A stretch of 64,000 nt of DNA from a virus (lineage: Duplodnaviria; Caudoviricetes), in IMG/VR virus record IMGVR_UViG_3300021255_002539, positions 128,001 through 192,000 of that record; one strand, given 5' to 3'. Under the pieces are notes generated by a model, which was given only the letters and a program-made list of their open reading frames with translations, did not search any database and had not been told where the DNA came from. Shown one piece after another: positions 42,822 to 53,400 of the stretch. Each line of letters begins with the position of its first letter. Positions within the stretch are counted from its first letter, which is position 1. The position numbers and the translations under genes are program-made.

Positions 42822-43223
42822 TTAATGCGTGTATTGCTCGGTGAATTGCCTGAACAGGAGATTGCCATATAGATACGCCTCTCCCTCTATTTCCTTCAAC
42901 TTGGAGTCCTCCTTCAATGGGAGGTTTGAAGCAGATTGGGCGAAACCCTCTGGATCGACCAGATTCTGGTTTCTGTGAACCATCTCGTGGCAAAACGACC
43001 TCAATATGTCCTTGATGTGCCGGTTGTCCACGAACAACACAATCTCGTTGTTGTTGGGGTCGTAGTATCCCGTTTTGATGAACAGTTCGTCCTCTGGGTT
43101 TGGCGTCTCGTCCAATGTGACTTTGGGCAGAGGGTCTATGTCGAACTTCTGGTCTCTGAGGTACTTCACAATCTCCTCAATCCAGTAGTTGATCATGTCT
43201 ATCTTCGTTTCGTTGGTTGTCAT
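42822..43223 (-). CDS. Zincin-like metallopeptidase (HExxH)
   Basis: TGYYDP..ILRSFCHEMVH..EGEAY; GTAAATA at 43233-43239. Confidence 0.75.
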   Translation of the reverse strand: MTTNETKIDMINYWIEEIVKYLRDQKFDIDPLPKVTLDETPNPEDELFIKTGYYDPNNNEIVLFVDNRHIKDILRSFCHEMVHRNQNLVDPEGFAQSASNLPLKEDSKLKEIEGEAYLYGNLLFRQFTEQYTH

Positions 43224-43271
43224 GGCAAGTTCTATTTACCAAAGTCGCCTCCAAATGGTAAATACCAACAT

Positions 43272-45353
43272 ATGAAAAGGTTTGTCTTGAACATAGAGAG
43301 GTTGTACACAGGAGCCACTGCGAATGCCCTGGTTTTGTCGCAGGTTGACGAGGACTTTCCTGTTCTCTTGCCGTCGCTCACAATTGAGCATGATGGTGAA
43401 ACTACCTTTGGCCAGTGGAAGTCCAAGTGTCTTGAGTTGTATTCGATGTTCGACCCCATTGGACACGAATACGAGGTGAAGTTCGACAACATCAATCCAA
43501 GTCGGTATCCCATTATAGTGAAGGGCAAGTTCCTGTAGGCGGTTCGCATACCCACAACGACCACTATGGTTCAGGCCGCTTAGATGGTCATCGAGCATCC
43601 ATCTGGGGATCACCAATGGCATACCGATACCACTGTGTTCGATTTGTTCAACTCATACATACTGGACTTCAACCTGGAGAGACAAAGGGACTTCAGGAGG
43701 AATGGGCACGACGAGTTGTACTTGATGGACGACACGCAGTGGAGGAAGCCAATCAACGCAGACTCCACATACTCGTCTGACAAGACATACATGCACAGCA
43801 TAAATGGACTGGGTGACATTGGGTATGAAGACGACAAGGTTGAGGTGGTGTCTTCCCAGATGAATGTTCTGTTCCCCTTCAAGAAGGTGTCGAGCAAGTC
43901 CTTGTATGCAGCCCAGTTGGATGTGAAGTCGGCAGGCGCAGTAGACGACGCGATGGAGAGGTCCCGAACGATAACGATGCAGGGTAAGGACACGCAACAG
44001 CAATGCGTGAATGGAACTGCCGTGGTTGGTGGTCATCTCTATGTGATGTCCTCTTTGCTGAACACATTGTTCCCATCCAGGTCAGGTGGTAGACCAAATC
44101 TATCTTCCAATGGGTGGTAGATGTTGAATTCGATGATTGTGGGGAATGTGGATGACGCATACGCATTTCCACACACGATGACACTGTTCCAGCCATCTGG
44201 CGAACATAGTGGGGACGACAACCTGCAGGGGGTTACTGAATTTGCCGAATGGTATGGAATGCACGACAGAAAGACCGTGGTTTCGTTGTCCGAGGAATAT
44301 GGTGGAGACACATCGTATCTTTGGTGCCTGTGCGTTGGTGCGTATGAACTGAAATTGTCCACGCATGGACCAACAAGCATTGTGCTTGGGGAAGATGGCA
44401 AGGTTGAAGTTCCCCTAGGTGCGTCGAGTTTTCTGAAGATGCGGTCCGGTGAAGATGAACTGAACAAGTATTCTGATGGTAAGTACATCGTCAACAATGG
44501 TGGGCAGGGAACATCAGTTGGCTTCAAGTTCAACCTATACGACAACTTCATTTCTGGGCAGTACCGTAGGCTGGTGGTGAAGGTTCCGAAGGACAAGGAC
44601 TTCGACCATCTGTTGTTGCAGTTCAAGTGCCAGACATTGTTTGATGACTTGATTGGAACAGAAGCGGAGTACAAGTTGTTGGTGAATGGAGAGCAGGCGT
44701 CAGCAGACGACGATGGGTGGATAACGCACCACATAGACAATGCTGTGTCGAGGGAACACGAGGTGGAGATTGGGATATTGGTTCACTACGAAGTTGACTT
44801 CAACAGGCGCAACACAGAAAGCATATACCAGGACATGCTCAAGAATGCTGGCGTGGTGTTGTGGGACATCCATTTGGAGAAAAAGAAGAACGATGTTGGT
44901 TCACAGAAGGAGCATTTGACATTCGCAGACTATGTGAACGAGAATGGGATATCACATGAGGAGTGGGAAAGGCGATACGACCAGTTCTGGCAAGTGTCCA
45001 GGTACATCAAGGACATGCCGTACCAAACGGTGCTGGAGACGCCATTGAAGAACATGTCGGGCTCTGGAATAGCATTTGCCAACAACTACTCCACCGGCGA
45101 CATATACGGTGACACATTCGCCACCAAGTCTGTTCTGAATCCACAATATGACATGGAATTGGATGAGGCAAAGGGGATTCTGAAGTCCAAGGGCAGGGAG
45201 TACATAGGGATGGGAAATTGCTCCAGCCAGTTGTTCTTGCTATATCAGCCAACATAGGTTGAAATTGGTGGAAACGGAAGCATCTACGCATACAGGCAGG
45301 GAATTGAACTTGACGACGAAAGGAGTGGAGAAAACCAAGATGGAAAACATTGA
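43272..45353 (+). CDS. Late hypothetical, probably virion protein (693 aa, 4 TAG read as Gln)
   Basis: Same frame across TAG 43536, 43581, 44118 and 45255 to a TGA overlapping the next start; GTAAATA at 43258. Confidence 0.65.
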
Positions 45354-45618
45354 ACCAGATTCCCCATATAAACTGGGATTCCAAATGGTGGAGGTGGTGA
45401 AGAACATCAACCGCTTCGAGTCCTCCATAAAGCACAAGCCAAATGTGTTCTCTGTCGTTGTCGAGAACTCCAACCTGGAACCAGACGAGAATTCCCAGGA
45501 TTCAGAAATGGAGGACTACAAGCAACAACTGCGCAACTCCATATCCCAATACATCAGAAGCGCATGTGAGGGCATAACGCCAGCGCATACGCAATTGGTA
45601 AAGGTTCAGTTTACTTGA
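45340..45618 (+). CDS. Hypothetical late protein
   Basis: GGAG RBS and ATG (MENIEPD); ends ITPAHTQLVKVQF. Confidence 0.6.
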   Translation: MENIEPDSPYKLGFQMVEVVKNINRFESSIKHKPNVFSVVVENSNLEPDENSQDSEMEDYKQQLRNSISQYIRSACEGITPAHTQLVKVQFT

Positions 45619-45840
45619 TTACCGCTTCCTGAATGTGACGCGACCCCTGGTGAGATCGTAGACAGACACCTCGAACTCAACCTTGTCCCCCAATGTGAGC
45701 TTGATTGAGTTCATCTTCATCTTGCCATTGAGTGTGCAGAGCACCTTCATGTTGGTGTCGTCGTCCTCAATCTCGTATGTACCACCGTGGATCTTCGTCA
45801 CGGTTCCTGTCCGAGATACAGTGCTTTCGTTCTTCGCCAT
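45619..45840 (-). CDS. infA: Translation initiation factor IF-1
   Basis: 73 aa MAK..GTV..VLCTLNGKMKMNSIKLTLGDKVEFEVSVYDLTRGRVTFR, the IF-1 signature. Confidence 0.92.
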   Translation of the reverse strand: MAKNESTVSRTGTVTKIHGGTYEIEDDDTNMKVLCTLNGKMKMNSIKLTLGDKVEFEVSVYDLTRGRVTFRKR

Positions 45841-45862
45841 ATGAATTTCCCACTTAGGATTG

Positions 45863-46150
45863 CTTGTTCCTGAGTATATTGTCATTTACCTCATATATTG
45901 GTGTTCGGTGTGACCCAACCAAACTTGCGTTTGATCAGCTCGTGTGTTTGACTATTACAAATCCGCCTAGTGCGAACCAGTCTGTCACGAATTATCTGAA
46001 TTGATGACTTTGTGGGAAAACTTATACTGAGCCAGACGAAGAATATCAACGTTGAGATTGCCAGTGCCAATAGTATTGCTGCGATTATGTTTGTCATACA
46101 AATTCCTTGGGCTCAGGAGATTACTTGTTCCTGAGTATATTGTCATTTAC
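45863..46150. repeat. 27-bp perfect direct repeat flanking a small ORF
   Basis: cttgttcctgagtatattgtcatttac at 45863-45889 and 46124-46150. Confidence 0.85.
45891..46097 (-). CDS. Small membrane protein
   Basis: 68 aa with an N-terminal hydrophobic helix. Confidence 0.5.
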   Translation of the reverse strand: MTNIIAAILLALAISTLIFFVWLSISFPTKSSIQIIRDRLVRTRRICNSQTHELIKRKFGWVTPNTNI

Positions 46151-46441
46151 AATCCTTGTTACGATTCTTGTCATCAGATCGTTGAATTCCATTGAGTTGC
46201 TTATCGCGTCCACTGTAGTCTCGGTTTTGTCATTCACGAGCCTGCTCACATTGAAATTATACAACTTCTCGGAGTTCTCGTAAAGTCCATTGTCCTTCTT
46301 GAGATCCTGGGTGACGCAATACTCCAGGATGTTCACGACATCTGCGATGTTCCTGATGAAGTACCGCTTGTTGGAGTGTAGGGGGTGTTCGTATGTGCGG
46401 TTGTTGTACTGGACCACATATCTGACTTTTGTATTGTCCAT
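46121..46441 (-). CDS. Hypothetical protein
   Basis: GGGGAG RBS; 106 aa. Confidence 0.6.
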   Translation of the reverse strand: MDNTKVRYVVQYNNRTYEHPLHSNKRYFIRNIADVVNILEYCVTQDLKKDNGLYENSEKLYNFNVSRLVNDKTETTVDAISNSMEFNDLMTRIVTRIVNDNILRNK

Positions 46442-46456
46442 TTCAAGACTCCCCTT

Positions 46457-46804
46457 TCAGTCAATCTCGTCCTTAATCGCCTTGCAATCCAGCCAACTCA
46501 TAGGGACAATGTTGCCCTTCTTCGTCAGAATCATCAATTCGACGTGAATTGCCACCTTGATGGGCATTGTGTGACGACCTTCCACCGGAGGTTCGACCCA
46601 CTTCAGGTCAACAGAGTTCGTCAAGTAGGAAACCATGTCCAATGTGCCGATTTGGGGGTCGGAATATCTGCTGATGAGACTTCCAATTGCCTTTTTGAGC
46701 TCTTCGGGCGTTTCGTATTCCTCAGTACTCATATACACATTTGGGGTTGGCTTGCCATCCCAATCCTCTGCGCGCGATATGATTGCCAGAAATTTGCTTT
46801 TCAT
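46457..46804 (-). CDS. Hypothetical protein
   Basis: AGGAG RBS; 115 aa. Confidence 0.6.
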   Translation of the reverse strand: MKSKFLAIISRAEDWDGKPTPNVYMSTEEYETPEELKKAIGSLISRYSDPQIGTLDMVSYLTNSVDLKWVEPPVEGRHTMPIKVAIHVELMILTKKGNIVPMSWLDCKAIKDEID

Positions 46805-46877
46805 TCTTCTGTCTCCTGTTTGAAATTCAAGGTCAGGGTGGCTGCTAGGTCAACCACCCATCCCCATTGAAATCCCC

Positions 46878-47807
46878 TTACGCGACCTTCACTCCGGTCA
46901 CACCCTCCAGCTTCTTGAGGAAGCCAGTGAACCTCCTGTTGGTGAGCGTGGTCTCCATGAACTTGCTCTCGAACTTGTTCTTGGTATTCTTGCCAATGGC
47001 ATGCGTGGTGTAGTCGGCATAGGCGCGGATGAGACCCCAGGCGTTGCCATAGTGCGCCTTGTTGCCAGCGTCGTCGTAGCAAGCGAGGAACGCCTGACGG
47101 TTCTTGATGATGTTTGCCTTTGCGGTCTCGTTCATGTTCTCTTTCACGGGGAAAAGGACATTCACGAACATCTCAATCTGGTTCTTGTCCATCTTGATGT
47201 TGGCGTACTTCTCGGCAACCTTGCGAAGCCCGTCCATGTACTCGCGGATGCCCGTAAGGGTCTCCTGACCCTGCTTCATGCGGGAGGGAAGGGAGGAGGT
47301 GTGGCGAATCGCAATCGTGTTCGCGATGCCATACAGACCAATGTTGAACTGGGCGTAGTTGGCGTTGTTGAGCGCAACGATGTTGGCGCGGACCTTGAAC
47401 CTGCCATTGAAGCTGTTCTGAAGGACGATGCAAGGCGTGTAGTCCTCGCCCAGAATCTTGATGGAGGGCAGCTGACCAATCACCCAACAAAGGCCCGCAT
47501 AGGTCATGCCACCACGGGTGAACTTGAGCTTTTCGTCGATGTAGTCTGCGAACGCGAACGCCACCTCGTTCTGGCAAATCTCGTACCCCTTGCCAACGAT
47601 GCCCAGGTAGCCATCCTTGTCAGTGCGAACCGTGGCGAATTTGTCGGCAATCTTCTTCATGTCAGGGCCGAAGAAGATGGGACGCTTCTCAACCTCAAAG
47701 TCGAGACCAACAGCCTTCAGGGCGTCGGAAATCTTCTTGGCGTTCGTGGACTTGCCAACATTCTCCCATGTGGCAACGCGGTTGGTCTTGACGATGGACT
47801 TCTCCAT
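46878..47807 (-). CDS. DUF932-family phage/plasmid protein
   Basis: GLDFEVEKRP..ATVRTD..LGIVGKGYEICQNE.AF.F..NSFNG..IRHT..AWG..A..Y.TH pattern. Confidence 0.8.
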   Translation of the reverse strand: MEKSIVKTNRVATWENVGKSTNAKKISDALKAVGLDFEVEKRPIFFGPDMKKIADKFATVRTDKDGYLGIVGKGYEICQNEVAFAFADYIDEKLKFTRGGMTYAGLCWVIGQLPSIKILGEDYTPCIVLQNSFNGRFKVRANIVALNNANYAQFNIGLYGIANTIAIRHTSSLPSRMKQGQETLTGIREYMDGLRKVAEKYANIKMDKNQIEMFVNVLFPVKENMNETAKANIIKNRQAFLACYDDAGNKAHYGNAWGLIRAYADYTTHAIGKNTKNKFESKFMETTLTNRRFTGFLKKLEGVTGVKVA

Positions 47808-47897
47808 TTGACTTACTCCTTTGGAAACCTCTCGGGCGTTTCCATCTCCCATTGCTTGGGATGATTGACTTCACCTTGAAATCACCTTTTCTCCCTC

Positions 47898-47940
47898 ACA
47901 ACACCTATATTATATCATATTCAGATTCAGTTTGTCAATG
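47898..47940 (-). promoter_or_regulatory. Early promoter
   Basis: TTGACA 47933-47938, 18-bp spacer, TATAAT 47909-47914, same leader. Confidence 0.85.
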
Positions 47941-47985
47941 GGGTTTTCAAAGAAAAAAAAACCATTGTTTTTCAATGGGGTTTTG

Positions 47986-48022
47986 AAAAAAAGATGGGCG
48001 CCGTTCAAGCACCCATCTTTTT
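47986..48022 (-). terminator. Intrinsic terminator
   Basis: aaaaaaagatggg..cccatcttttt hairpin with U-tracts on both strands. Confidence 0.7.
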
Positions 48023-48045
48023 CATCTTGTGTGATTCGATTTGGA

Positions 48046-48444
48046 TCACCTATTTAGGCTTCCGGGTGGTGCGGCAATCACATCGTCCACATCCAATATG
48101 AAGGACACGCCATATGACTTGTCGCAGTCGTTGCACTTGAACTCAGAAAGCAACTTGGCTCCAGAGAAATACCCCTCCTCTGGATAGTCGTCAGCATCCA
48201 CGAACTCGCAGTTGTGCCCACCGCAATATGGGCAGACATATGCTGGGTCGGTGGAGACATCACCAACACTTTCCTTGACAGACTTCTTACCGAACTTCTT
48301 GGCGGATTCCTTGAACTTCAGAATCTTGCCCTTCTCTGTCTTGAACAACTTGCCACTTTCTGACACATATTCAAGCTTTCCATACTTGCTTGTGAAATAC
48401 TTGGACTTCTCAAAAGCCTCTTTCGTTATGTTGAGTTTTTTCAT
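48046..48444 (-). CDS. Putative head-internal protein: shared leader domain plus Zn-ribbon cargo
   Basis: First 47 aa closely match gene 49539-50225; CPYC..CNDC; GTAAATA at 48489. Confidence 0.7.
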   Translation of the reverse strand: MKKLNITKEAFEKSKYFTSKYGKLEYVSESGKLFKTEKGKILKFKESAKKFGKKSVKESVGDVSTDPAYVCPYCGGHNCEFVDADDYPEEGYFSGAKLLSEFKCNDCDKSYGVSFILDVDDVIAAPPGSLNR

Positions 48445-48503
48445 TGTTTGTATCCTCGTTCATTGTTGGTATCCTCGTTCATTGTTTGTATTTACCAATG
48501 TGT

Positions 48504-49520
48504 TCAAGCGAAGAATACCTCTGGCATCCCTGCTGTCTCAGAACGCAAGTTCTCCAAGGTCTTGTCAAGTTCCTCCTTGCCCTCAGCACCGATGTCCTTT
48601 GACACCGAGCCACCTCCGGGAAGGGTAATACCCTCGTATTTTCCCCTCACCTGACCTAGCATAATCTTGCAGTATGCCAATGTGAGCCTTTTCACATGCT
48701 CGTTGGCGTAGAGTTCGTAAAGTGGTGGCTCGATTTCGCACTCAAGCACCATTGGGACGCCCCATCTTGGGTCTGGTCTCCTCCCCAGTTCTGGGTATGG
48801 CCATAGGTCAGAGTGGTAGGGTGGTGGCGTCGAGCAGCATCCCTTTGGTTCGGGTATTATCACCAACCGCTTTGAGCTTCTGTTGAACTGCCAGTCAGGT
48901 TGGGTCGCCAAAACCCTTTGCGCCATCTTCTTGAACTCGATGAAGTTGTGGTAGGTTACGAACGATCCAGCCAAGTTGCCAGAGCCATAGTGTCCAGTGC
49001 TGGTTCTGTTGATCATCCAAGGCAGAACCACGCCCCAGCCAGAGAAGTCAATGCCATATTGGAGGTCGTTCACCTGGACGACATTCTCTCTGCTCAAGTC
49101 TATTCCAACACCTGGCACATATTGCCTAGAGGACTTCAATATGTACTTCTTCGGAAACGTGGCGTACTTGGTGTAGGTATACAAAGCATTCTGAATTGCT
49201 GCGTCAAAGTGGTTCTCCCTCAGCTCCACAGTCACCAAAGGATACCCAAGCATAGTCAGAACCCAGTCTATCAAGTCCCTCTTGCCCTTGATGGCAGGAT
49301 GTAGGAATGTGGACTTGTGGTCAACCTTCGCTTCCTCGTACTTGGGGTAGTCTTTGATTGGCGTTTCCTGTTCTGGGTGCAGATACGACACATGCTCGTC
49401 CTCCCGATTCTCGTGGATTTCCCTGTGGGTGTCGTCTGAGATGTCGGGCTTGATCTGCAGGATCTTGTTCAATCCAGCAATGTTGAGGTCAGGAAGCTTG
49501 TCTGTCGTCGTTATCTTCAT
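48504..49520 (-). CDS. Neck protein, T4 gp13-like
   Basis: LIDWVLTMLGYPLVTVEL..AIQNAL and C-terminal KIMLGQVRGKYEGITLPGG..G.EE. Confidence 0.85.
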   Translation of the reverse strand: MKITTTDKLPDLNIAGLNKILQIKPDISDDTHREIHENREDEHVSYLHPEQETPIKDYPKYEEAKVDHKSTFLHPAIKGKRDLIDWVLTMLGYPLVTVELRENHFDAAIQNALYTYTKYATFPKKYILKSSRQYVPGVGIDLSRENVVQVNDLQYGIDFSGWGVVLPWMINRTSTGHYGSGNLAGSFVTYHNFIEFKKMAQRVLATQPDWQFNRSSKRLVIIPEPKGCCSTPPPYHSDLWPYPELGRRPDPRWGVPMVLECEIEPPLYELYANEHVKRLTLAYCKIMLGQVRGKYEGITLPGGGSVSKDIGAEGKEELDKTLENLRSETAGMPEVFFA

Positions 49521-49538
49521 ATGCCAACCATCCTTGCC

Positions 49539-50225
49539 TTACATGTCAACTTCGGTTGAAACAGATATGTCAATCTTGAAGTCAAGTCCATAATATGGAT
49601 CATTAACCAATATGCTCTTGTAGTCCATCATATCAGGTTCCACTGTGTATTCATCACCATCGCACTTCTTCAATGCACTGACAACACAATCCCTGAACTC
49701 CCTAATCTCGTCAGAGTATTCGTCTTCTCCTTCCATGCACTTGAACCTGGGATTGGATTCTGTGCCTTCCTTGGTGAACTTCTTGGTGGATTCGGTTGTA
49801 TCCTGTTTTGGTCTACACCAATCTTGGGGATGCCATTCATCTTTCCTCCAAGAACCATGTGGACGATATGTTCCAGCATTTTCGTCTCCATATCTCCATT
49901 GTCCATCAATCCATTGGACATCTTTCACGACAAATGGATACCATTCATCGCCCTTTGGATATTTCCACTCCAATTCATCCCCAACCTTGAACTTGGGTTT
50001 CCCCTTGAACATCTTCTTCAATCCTTTAATGCCATCGTCCATTCTACTTCCAATATCAGAGAATAATCCCTCATTTACCTGCTTGGATTCCTTGAACATC
50101 AGAATCCTGCCCTTATTCGTCTTGAACACCTTGCCAGATTCACTGACATATTCCAACTCACCATATTTGTTCGTGAAGTATTGGCTTTTCTCAAAAGCCT
50201 CTTTCGTTATTGGTAGTTTCTTCAT
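49539..50225 (-). CDS. Putative head-internal protein with the shared leader domain
   Basis: MKKLPITKEAFEKS..YVSESGK..FKES; further VNE|G and FTKE|G; GTAAATA at 50258. Confidence 0.7.
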   Translation of the reverse strand: MKKLPITKEAFEKSQYFTNKYGELEYVSESGKVFKTNKGRILMFKESKQVNEGLFSDIGSRMDDGIKGLKKMFKGKPKFKVGDELEWKYPKGDEWYPFVVKDVQWIDGQWRYGDENAGTYRPHGSWRKDEWHPQDWCRPKQDTTESTKKFTKEGTESNPRFKCMEGEDEYSDEIREFRDCVVSALKKCDGDEYTVEPDMMDYKSILVNDPYYGLDFKIDISVSTEVDM

Positions 50226-50462
50226 TGTTTGATCCCATTATTGGTTGTGCCATTTGTTATTTACCAAAAAACAGTGCACAAAACGCCAGTTTGTCGTATT
50301 GGACATCTACATTGCTATTTACAATAGAACTTCAAAAATAGAAATAGGGGTTGGTGAAAAAAGTGTTTTCTGTGTAAATATATTTGAACTATGAATTTCT
50401 GAATGGGTATTCAGAATGGAATAGTACAAATAACTATAACTAGCAAAAAAGAGGTATAAATA

Positions 50463-53400
50463 ATGGCAACAAGAGATTTGAGAGCACCTGGTGTGTCTAT
50501 CATTGAACATGATCTCTCTGGCTACACCACGACCAACATTGGTACTTCCTGCCTCATCACTGGTTTTGCGCAGAAGGGCGAGGACCTGGAGCCGATTCAC
50601 ATCACGAACCGCTCTGCATGGCTGCTCAACTATGGTGCGCCAACCAACGAGGCCGAGGAGTACTTCTACAACGCAGGCATGGAGGTACTGAACCAAGGTG
50701 GCTTCCTTTACGCCGCGAAGATACCCTATTCAAACGACATGGCGGGAATCTACGCTGCATCCAAGTTCATAGTTGGAAAGAACCAGCCAATCTACAAGCA
50801 GAATGCAGATGGGTTCTTCATTGCTGACGAACTGAATGATGATGGAAGCGAGATTGAGATAATGGATGATACTGGGACAAATCCCCTTAGTCCAACATCT
50901 CCAGAGGGTCGCTTCATCCGCAACTACAGGGGCTTGAAGGACTTGGGCATCAACACGCTTCAGCTTATCGCTCCAGCAGCACAGGACTTCCTCTCGAAGG
51001 ACTTGGTTGACGAGTACGAGTGTGGCGAGACCAGGCCGAACTCGAATGTCATCTACTTGGTTGACAAGACCCGTGCAGTTTACACCCGCGCACCAGAGGT
51101 TGCCGACAAGCAGGACAACCGTGATTCGCGCTACTGCATTGGCATTGTCCCTGTGATAACCACGATGTGCAACACAGCATGGTTCCAGAAGAATGTGACT
51201 GGCTTGAAGGCAGATGTGGATGAACTCTACCAGCCAGTCCGCTCCCTCAAGACGATTGAGTTCCCAGCGGGCGCTGCAAGTGCTGCTGAGTACAAGGCTA
51301 CCAAGTTCGTGGATTCCGACCTCCACACGCCTTTGATGAAGGACGACAGGGCGTTTGCGACATCCCTCTCTGAGATGGCCGCGACGATTGCCCAGTCTTG
51401 CTTGACGAAGGGTAACTTGGTTGATGGCAAGTTCAAGCCCTACATCTGCAACGATGTGGCTGTCGTTGTGTTCAAGGCGTTCGTCTCCACCGAGGACGGA
51501 AAGCTGGAGTTCACCCCAGTCGAGACTTTCGTTGGCTCCCTGGACCCTGATGGCAAGGACGAGAAGGGCCGCACGACATTCATCGACAAGATCGTGAACG
51601 ACAACTCCGAGTACATCTACTGCTTCTCCAACTTGGCGAATCCACAGCAGGTTCTCAATCCTGACCATGGTTTCGTCGCTGGCTCTGATTCTGAGTATGA
51701 CGAGGTGAAGAAGGAGATCAAGAACGACTTGGAGTACGATGCTGCCTCCTTGTTCTCTGCATATGCGGCGAGGATGCTTGGTTTTGACCACAACGAGTCA
51801 TCTGACATGTCTGGTCTTGCTGCTCCAAGGTACTTCCCTGAGGAGGTTCATGACGAGGACGATCCCACAAGCGAGTTGTATGATTTGTCCAGACGGACAA
51901 TGGGTTCACTTCGCCAGTTCTACAACCAGGACGCCAAGCACCGAGTGTGTGTTTTGGACGAACTGGTCTATGGTGGCAAGTTGAAGGAGGATGACTTCAA
52001 GAAGATTGTTGGAGAAGAAATCTACGGATACATCTCTGGACAGTTGACCGACAAGTACCTCAACATCGTGGACAAGTTCATCACAAAGACCCCTTCGTTC
52101 AAGTACGACTTGGACGCCAACAACAACGAGGGTTCTGTGAACTTCACACTTGAACAGGAGAAGGACTACGACTACGACATCGAGAACTACTCCTACAAGT
52201 TCACGATGGGTGCCGACACAGACAACAAGCAAAACGATTGGAAGGATTGGGTCAACGCAATCTCTGGAATGAAACTTGGCGAGTTGAACATCCTCAACTC
52301 CACCGACTACCTCCGCGCCATCTACGACTTCGACGAGTTGGTTGAAGCTGATGTATTGGCGAAGATTGAGGATCCAAGTGGGAATGTCCCTGATCCAGAT
52401 TCAGAGGAATGGGCGATAATCCGCCAAAAGGCAATCCAGGCGTTGGTAATCAACTCCATCGAGAAGTCCGGCAGGTTCAAGCTCAACCTCCGCAACCTCA
52501 AGAAGGCGCAAATCAACATCGACAAGCTCGATGACGCATTCGTCGCCTCCCAGAGCGCAGAGAAGGAAACCGACAAGGCAATTGGCAAGAAGTATGTCGA
52601 AGACCTGTTCAAGTCCTACAACGACCTTGGACTTCTCTCTGGTATCAACTTCGTGGATGTCGACAAGTAGTCGTCCTCCTCTTCTTCAAGCAAGTCTGAT
52701 GGGGACATCCTCTCCAAGAAGGACGCGCTTGAGGCTAAGCTCGACGCAATCGTGAACATCGACACGAGCAAGCCACAGAAGATGAAGCCCCGTCAGGGAC
52801 ACGATACCCCAACTGGTGGAGACGAGGACCTGGACTTCCTGGAGAAGTACCTCCGCGTGAGGATGTACCTTGAGGCGCAGTTCAACGCGAAGAAGGCCGA
52901 CCTCCTCTCTGCGATTGCCAAGATAATGGAGGATTGTTGCTACGCGCAGCAACGCTATGTCGAGGCAATGCGCAACAAGGACGACTCCTCAATCATGTTG
53001 GGCTTCTACCCAGAGATGGCTGAGCCAATCATCACCTACACCACAATCGCGCAGTCCCTCAACAAGATACTCGACACGATGAAGAACATCAACGAGTGCG
53101 ACATAGATGTGATGTGCGACGCGGGTGTTTCCAACATCGCCCAGTTCGTCAAGCAGGTCTACGACCCAAGCGCAGACGATGGCGAGGATGTTGGTGGTCT
53201 CTACAACCCAGTGAAGTACTCCAGCTACTTCAAGTTCAACAAGAACACGGATCTCGCCTACTGGAAGACGATTGTGTACAAGTTCGACACATTCTGCAAG
53301 TACCGTGGCGACTGCATGTTCTGCACAGAGGGGCCTCGTGGAATGGTTCTGATTGGAAACAAGCAGGTCGTGCGCAAGACCAAGAAGGACACGAACATCG

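Noticed and set aside
34638-45353. Many short same-frame ORFs read as pseudogenes or separate genes
   Set aside because: Every break is TAG with no frameshift, motifs continue across the breaks, and TAG aligns to Gln in a paralogue.
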